Assembly: GCF_964204645.1 (NCBI RefSeq)
Contig: NC_134027.1
Location: 6,294,485-6,358,484 of the forward strand
From: Tubulanus polymorphus
Taxonomy: Eukaryota; Animalia; Nemertea
Reading direction: 5' to 3'
Length of the DNA: 64,000 nucleotides
Numbering within the stretch: the first letter of the stretch is position 1; every line of letters starts with the position of its first letter. The position numbers and the translations under genes are program-made. Under the pieces are notes generated by a model. The model was not told the origin of the DNA. It ran no database searches and saw nothing but the letters and a program-made list of their open reading frames with translations. Below are positions 56,061 to 64,000 of the stretch, in pieces.

Positions 56061-57551
56061 CACAACGTTAAAGGCTGGCCCATTCACGATGACAGACGCA
56101 TTTTATCCGGGACATCAAATCTCAAACGAATCATCGATGATTACGCAATTCCGTCATTATTCATGAAGCGAAGCGCTTTTTTAACTCTTCCCCACCCGGC
56201 ATCGGCATCGCATACGCAAAACCTCTCCATTATCAGGATTTCAAACTAAAATTCGAGTTGGCTAAATAGTTTATGAGGGAAAATATTCACTTCGCGAGAA
56301 ACATTTTAAATGAGATTGAAAAAAGTTTCTCAAATCAGCAGACGGACAGCGCCGCAAAATATCAAAAGTCATTGTCAAGAATACAAAGCAGAGACTATTG
56401 TTTGGGTTCATTTTAAGGCCATAAATAACGTTCTAATGCATATATATATATATGTATACATAAATGCATCGATTGACGATATTGCTGATCATTAAGCTTA
56501 GCTGTTATAATTTCATAATTGACGAAAAATCCGCATTTCCCTGCGCTCATATAAATCTTCGTTTCGGCTTCGCCGAATATCGCCGTCGGGCCAATAAAAA
56601 CGTGCCCCTACGTCTGTCTCGCGAAGCCATTAATACGACGGCGTATTAATATACCATCAGAAAACAATTCAAACTAAGCTAGCAAGATGAGATTATCTCC
56701 AGCGCAGCTTCGGCCAACCCATGAAGTCCGAAACAAACTGTAGTCATTTATCATTCAAAATGTGGATACAATAAATTAATTTATATCCCTATTTCCACAA
56801 CTATTATCAAATATCTACATTGTTTTGTATGTCCATAACGCGAGTGGCCTCTTGGTAACGATTAACCAATACTTTTCATTACAACTACCAGTTTCCGATG
56901 CTATATATAATTCATATATATACAAAAACGGACGAACTTCAATTAAAATATGTTCATACACTACGACCTTAAAAAAAAGACAGATATTAAATTCAGTTTG
57001 ACCCGGTGATATGGTAAACAACATCTATGAATTGTTTGTAGCGAAAGCAAATGTTCGAAAAGTCGAAACGAAAGATTTGTCGAATCATTATTTCCGAATT
57101 CCGACTGGCTAACACCGCCACCTTCCTTGTCTCGGCAATTAGGTAATATATTTACAAGGTCACGCGGCCATGCGTCTGTCACAGACGTGATGTTACTCCA
57201 CTTAATGAAGCGCGCTCGTGGATTTTTTCCATCGTCTTGTACGCCGGACCCGGTGAAAATATGCCGGGAATAAATACACATCGTGCAGACTTCTCCCCGA
57301 TCATTACACATTCACGTTAAAGGTAGAATGTCATAATCAATACGAAGACCATCATCTTCAGACATTCTCCGCATGCATTGTTTCCCAGATCATTTAAGGT
57401 CGCCAGCCTTACATATATTTAAAGGGGTTGGGGGTATTCGTATATTAGTCGTATCATTTGACAATAAGCTACTATTCCCAAGTGACTCTCAGTTACAAAT
57501 AAAACCGCAAACAAATATCAATACAAACTTTCCCATGAAATGCACGACAAT

Positions 57552-57884
57552 AGCCGCGATCACATGAACATCTTTGGCCCGGGCATTTGGCCCGGAACAA
57601 CTGTTCACACGGGTGCCAAATGGGCTCGAGCCTGTTTGACCTGGGCCAAATTTGGCCCGACCAAAAACGTCTGACCAGGCCCGAGCCAAATTTTAGCACC
57701 AGACAAATGATTGCGTTTGAATTGCAACTGGCACTGGAAATGATCCACTTCGCTTTGTTTGAGCATTGTTTCGTATCGAGCGAATGGTTTACGCGTGAAC
57801 GCGCTCTCTAATTAGGCATGGGCCAAATTTGGCCCGAGCCTGATCTCTGCCAATTTGGCCCGGGCCAATCGTGTAAACGCCGCT
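57552..57884 (+). mobile_element. Non-autonomous DNA transposon (MITE), probably PIF/Harbinger (PHIS) group; best-preserved copy
   Basis: Imperfect TIRs AGCCGCGATCACATG ... CGTGTAAACGCCGCT, identical 3-bp flanks AAT (57549-57551, 57885-57887), internal GGGCCAAATTTGGCCC palindromes at 57643 and 57820, and four other copies in the window. Confidence 0.8.
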
Positions 57885-58346
57885 AATAAAAAGGCATCGA
57901 ATCGCAACCATTTAGTATGATACCTAAGTCGAAGTTGGAATTTTTACTAAACCATATTCTCAAAGCTACAAAGTCATAGTTGTTAAATCTTATTATTTCT
58001 GCATAGTAGCCAGTGAATAATTTTCAGCTACTCCTTGAGAACACCTTCTCATCTGTTTAAAATAGATATTGAAGCGTGAAGCCGGATTACCAGAGTTCCT
58101 AAAGTTTGCAGGGATGGATTTGTTTCTGAGCATTTACATTCATAAAACACTTCAACAATCCATAGGGCGCGAGTTCACACCAGGAGAGTAGTACTGGCCT
58201 CACATGCCACAGATCCCTTTCTAATAAACCAATCTGATATTTGTTAAATCTTTCCAAAAGATCATTTTCTAAACACCTAACACATATAGGGCCTAACTTA
58301 TTATTAAAAATCTTACCAAACCGTTAATTCTGCATCACTTTTCTGT

Positions 58347-58376
58347 ACTCACCTAAAAATAGATGTAAAAAAAGAA
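58347..58376 (-). other. Candidate recursive splice site (juxtaposed acceptor and donor)
   Basis: The minus strand reads TTCTTTTTTTACATCTATTTTTAG|GTGAGT, with the junction at 58353/58352. Confidence 0.4.
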
Positions 58377-58623
58377 CATTCGATTATTGATCATTGAAAT
58401 CATTGGACCCCATTGGAGTAAGTACAGAGATAGCTGACAAGGATAGCATTTTAGTGGTCATTTCTGTAATGTTATTTTACCTATTCTCAATCCGTAATTA
58501 AATTGTAACAGATAGTGATCTTTCTATTGATTATGTGACTCGGTTTATTAACGAGCTAATTTTGGTAATGTACTGTGTAAGGATGATATACAACGTTCCT
58601 AATTAATTATCTTGGCACCAATG

Positions 58624-58704
58624 TCTGACCTTGAAGTCAAGACGCTGAAGATTAGGTCGAGTATAAATATCTGACCTTGAAGAACAGACTCCATAAGTAG
58701 GTCG
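58624..58704. repeat. Two ~46-bp tandem units TCTGACCTTGAAG...TAGGTCG (probable non-autonomous element relic)
   Basis: TCTGACCTTGAAG at 58624 and 58670; TAGGTCG at 58653 and 58698. Confidence 0.6.
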
Positions 58705-61700
58705 GTGACTGTAACATGAAATTTTCACTATACTTCGGTCACAGAAGATATCTTTTATTAGTTAAAAACTAAACTACTAGGCATATATGGAATGACCAAT
58801 GAAATAGGAAATGCTGGTCTAATGTTGGTTAAAGGCTGTTTTTACAATTCAACCCCAACTTCATGGTGTCAGCATGTGCTCTAATGGGCGAGTTCACGGC
58901 TCTACATCTGGATTATCTAAGTTTTTTTGCTATATAGGATTTGAAGAAAATCTGAATATTTCTGACCCTAGTAAAGGAAATGAAATTCGTTGAAATTTGC
59001 ACTGGAGTGAATGTAAAAATCTGTTAAGCAGTATGTGGATTATAGAGCACATTCTTTTCATGCTGATTTTAGCTTTACGCATCAGGTCATAATCTTTTAT
59101 TTATACTTCACCAGCTGCAATAATCTTGTTTAAGTGTAAGACAATCAAATTGTATTTCTCATTTGCAGTTGTATGGCTATGAATCTCTATTTGCTTCCAA
59201 GTGACAATTATGTATGGCAAATCTATCTTTAATATCCCCAATGTTTTTTTAATCAAATTAATGATAACCTTTCATCAATATGCCTAACATGTAGAACAGT
59301 TTTCCACAATCAGTAGGGGATTTTGTCTTGCGATACGATTAGTAGCGACCTCTATACTATAGGCAAATGTCCATTCAGATTAGGACTTGCACTGCCTTGG
59401 TCAAATTAGGTATTCAGGGATGTAGGCCAGACACATCATGCAGACAGTTCTGTGTTAATTAAACCACTGCGGTAGTCATTAAATAATTTGTCCGTATGAG
59501 ATCATTAGGCAAAATTCGTACATGCAAAACTCCGTTTAGCAGAAACCTTATTTGGCCCCCAGAATGAAAGGTTCTACGAAACATCTCCTGATAGACTCAT
59601 TTATTGCCTAAGAGACAGTAATTATCTACGAATATGATGGAACATTGTAAAAAATAGTTGAAGTGGCTAATCACTAATAATTACGCGGGCAGGAAAGAAC
59701 ACGGACATGAGTCCTCTTGACCTCTATCTAACCCATAGGTCTACTGCCCGGTCATTAGTCAAATTGAACACTGAGTGATATAATATAAATTTAAACTCAG
59801 TTGACAATTTTTATGCTTGATCGTAACATCCCCATTTCATCTCTAAGACAGCGCATTACATTTTTGGAAAAACCGACAAATTGTACGATAACTTTTGATC
59901 TGAGAAGACGATCGGTTATTGGTCCATTAGAAAAGAAACAGCCACAATTTCGCCTGAAACATCTATTTAAGAACTAACTTGATCTCCGTGTACGCCCAAA
60001 GGAAGTAAATTAATCCCGCTACGGGAAGAAAGTTACGCTTTACTTTATAAGAGATTACTTTGATTCGCGGCCACGCATTCTCTTCTTCAATAACATAGTG
60101 AAATCAACTATAACATCTTTTTATCTCAAAAAATGCCACGAGGCCCAACAAACGACGATGAATAGATGTCATTTACACACATACGTACAAGCGACAATGG
60201 AAAATCAGTCTTTACGCAGATTACAGACACAATAGAACACTGCCACGGGTAAAAAGTTCTTTCTTTCACAATCTTGATACTCTTGCATAGGCATCGGATT
60301 AGTAATATGCCGTCAAAAAGTTACCCTGGAAAAGGTAGTTTCTCCGGGTTTTTAATGCGAGTGACAAGTTCTTCCATCGTTAAATAGTTCTTTGTGTCAA
60401 CCAAAGACCACTGCTCAAATCTTTTATCACATATATTCTAACATCAGTTTAATCCATCGAAATGAATATCATCTAAACATGCTAGTTTTTCTCTAGATAT
60501 TTTAGTGGTAAGAACACTTTTCTTTTTCCAGTTGAAAAAAAAGTGTTTCTGTGAGCTATTGTATTTGAACATAGTTTTGAATACTTCAGATCCCAAATCA
60601 CCAACTCAATCATGCGATTACTATGCTAGCGATATTCTATTGTGTCGGTAAAAAAAAAAATTGCCAATCAGTAATAAAATCCAGCCATGAATCAAATGTC
60701 GTTGAAATCGGATGAACATTTCTTTCAAACTGAGACTTGAAGATTATCCGATCATACTGGTACAGTTTCAAGAAGTTCAACTTCCAGATGGCGAGAAATG
60801 TAAGCCGTACTCATTAAATATTCGCGAAGCTGGTCAATACTTTTTTCTACAAATAACAAAACCGCAGTCACTCGCTAATCTTACTACAATATCCTATTGC
60901 ATCGTAACTTGAGGGACCCGACTAGGATCAGATTACCCCCGTAAAGCAAACAAATAATCTCTCGGCCAACCGGATGAAAAAATGTCATTCAAGAGAAAAC
61001 ACGAATTAACAACGTCATACGATGGCCACGAGCGACATTGCCCTGAAGCTGGTTTTTCTAGCAATATCCATTATAAATAACCGTGTCTCCTGAAAACAAC
61101 GAAGTCGACAATAAAATGACAGCACGGATTATACATATGATACCGTACGCAGATTTTCTGCTGAGAAAAAAAGTAGACTATTTTTCGGATTCAAATTCTC
61201 AATAGAGCGAAAAAAATAACAACTAGTTATTGTATTCACGACTGAAAAACAAATATTGAGCCATCTACATATTTAAATATGAAGTGTCAGACGCATGCAA
61301 ATTTCAACTATTTGAAAAACTTAAATGCAATACAATTCCTCATTATTTTCCTGCATAAATCTAGGTTTTGAACGCATTACGCAAATAATATAGCGATAAA
61401 CACAGCTGATAATATAAATACTCATAAAACCTATCAATTTTCTTTTTTGATTTGTTATAATCAGTGAGTCTTGATAAAGAAGGAAACACCATTAGGTATA
61501 TGAGTCATTTTATGTGACACGCAGATCTCTAATGAAATTAAGAATAGGGAAAATAATGAAAAAAAATAACTATGATGAATTAAACTATGATGAATTATAG
61601 GGGGTATATAGATAATGATAATGTTTATTTCGATATCTATCATGATACAGATTCACAAAATATACAAATCTACCAATAAATGAATATAGATTAGTATTTA

Positions 61701-62174
61701 GCCTTATGAAGGATGAGCACTATATCACTAAGGGTCGGTCATGTCCATTTAATGGGTACTACTTCGTAAGTACCTTTCAACATATATGAATTATTAGTAC
61801 ACATAAATATAATCAGTACTACAAGGAGGTGGTACCTGATCAGACAAAGGTAGTGATCACTCAAGCAAATGTAAACGCTGCTAATTTGAAAAAACCGGTT
61901 ATCGCTGATGTCCTATGATACATTACTAATTATGCATGTAAAAATGTTGTAAAATTGAATCTAGTAATCATAGATCACTCATCAATCACTTATCTGTCAA
62001 AATATCAGCCAATTTTGGATTATGTGTGGAAAGGGTGTCTCCCTAGTGCTTAATGAGTCATTTTACCCAGTGTCATAAAACATATAGTCAACGTACTATA
62101 TCTACAGGTTAACTGAATATCGGTAATACTCGTGACTTAGACTCCAAAATATTTTTCGATTTTTTGCAGACAAT

Positions 62175-62448
62175 AGCCGCGATCACAAAGTGACGATTTG
62201 GCCCGGGCCAAATTGGCTCGGATCAGACCTGAGTCAAGAGCGTGTTCACACATAAACCATTCACTTACTTGATACTAAACAATGCTTTAAACGAAGTCAC
62301 TTTCAGAACCTGTAACAATTCACACACAATAATTTGACCTGTGCTAAAATGTGGCTTCCATACAGGCATGGCCCCAATTGGCACTGTTGTGAACAGTTGT
62401 TCTGGGCCAAATTTGGCCCAGGCCAAAAACACTTGAGTGATCGCGGTT
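62175..62448 (-). mobile_element. MITE, same family, inverted orientation
   Basis: Ends AGCCGCGATCAC ... GTGATCGCGGTT. Internal segments (GTGCTAAAAT, GTGAACAGTTGTT, TGGGCCAAATTTGGCCCA) are reverse complements of the 57552 copy. Confidence 0.78.
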
Positions 62449-64000
62449 TATGATGGTGATACAACATCTCAAGTGATTCCTTTCTTAACGTGTTACATCA
62501 GTGTGGCATTTAACCTCTATAACACCGGTAACAATAAATCTTAGCGAATTCTATGAGAAAAAAACACAATAACTTTGACAAAAACTCTTTTACCTTCAGA
62601 CATCAACTGAGGTGATGTTGAGATCGTGATGTGATCCGTATCCACTACTACAACAGAGATCTCGGCTACAATTTACCTTATAAATGTGTAGACCGGATAA
62701 AGCCTGAGGTTGTAGGCTGATGTTAACATAATTTGATGAATTCATGAATGGGGTACAAGATTGTGCGCTGTCCGGATATGAGTAGAATGAAAGGTGTGGT
62801 AATAATGGATGTTCCGGATATTTAAATTTACGAGCAATACGCTTTACATGCATCGCAATCATTAATGAACCATTGAAAACTTCCGTCAAATACTGAAAAA
62901 ACGTGCTGCACGAATCGAATGATTGTCATCCTCCGACCACAAAAGTAAATTTCCTCCAGTACATTACGTGTATCGGAGAAAATTCAATTGAAAAATCGAA
63001 TATTTTAATATCCGCCATGATCAATGACATCACTACCGATGATGTAACGACAGGAGTGCTGCACTAACACGCGATTTAGTAGATATATCTCAAAACCCCA
63101 ATTTTTTAACTCAAATGAAACAAACAAACATTGACGAGTATATTCTAACTTCATTCTATATATTTAGTATATTTTGTATTGCATGGGTTAGTATCGGTAA
63201 TAAACAGTTTTCTGCCGACGACATGTCTCCCATGACTGATGTAATTCTTTATCACCTACGCTTTAGATTAGGCCTTGATTTAATCACGGTCATCTCGCCT
63301 ACGTAGATGACACTGAAATATACACTCGCGCACACGTTTTAATCACTTTTACCATATAAGTAATGATCAAAAGAACTGATGCCAGTGAATTCATATCAAT
63401 ACTTAGTTCAGTTCGTTCCAAGTGATTTGACAACAACATTTTGATGAGATACATAGAAGTTAAAATGAAAAACTTTTCATTAAAGGGAAAATGTTCAAAA
63501 ATCTATGATACTGTTTTGAAGTTTCATATCTTTATTAATAATCAAAGATAGAATATGGAAGGAAAGATGTGAGTTATTCATTGTATATTTTCCGCAATAA
63601 ATTGGATAATCATATCTTTACTATGAACCTTTGGTCTAAAATGTAGGCTGAATAGTAGAACCTGGGATTTTGGCTACTGTGCAAGAAGTAACAAATTTCA
63701 GATGACAATGCTAAAGCAATTCTCACCACCTACATATTACGTAATGATGTATATACAAATATGGACTTATACATCTACCAGTTGATGAAGACAAGTCATA
63801 TTCGTATGAATAGTGATATCAGTTAATAGTTTTGGGATTGGTCTGATGTTAGTAAATAGACATTCTCTAGACCCTCGATAAGCAATAAGGAATAAGTATT
63901 AACAATATGGTCATTTAATAGCCTATATCATTCTACTAAATACTGGCCACAAAATTAAGGACCTTGAGTTAAGTTGACCAGTTTGTGGCTGAATAGTTGG

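Noticed and set aside
59490-59520. TGAGATCATT resembling the bantam miRNA 5' end
   Set aside because: The match stops after ~10 nt and no precursor hairpin is evident.

Overview
This is AT-rich, intron-rich animal genomic DNA. It looks invertebrate (CpG is not globally depleted, many microsatellites); a lophotrochozoan origin is only my inference. One coding region is firmly supported: a ~1.5 kb minus-strand exon (17370->15866) of an ataxin-1 (ATXN1/Atx-1) homolog. It ends part-way through the AXH domain at the same ...GEHRxQ|V... intron position as vertebrate ATXN1. I could not find the exon for the rest of the AXH domain in 1-15865, so it probably lies off the left edge. The remainder appears to be intron and 5' regulatory DNA of this gene. 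Two candidate alternative first exons (39.6 kb and 55.0 kb) would each splice in frame onto the big exon. Beside the 39.6 kb candidate promoter is a dense cluster of perfect Capicua (CIC) octamers plus a CRE, suggesting CIC-ATXN1 autoregulation. There is also a consensus recursive-splice (AG|GT) site at 58.35 kb, five copies of a palindrome-rich Harbinger-type MITE, a dispersed 34-bp conserved repeat core, and tandem repeats. No rRNA, intact tRNA, CRISPR array or transposase was recognised, and nearly all other listed ORFs look spurious.
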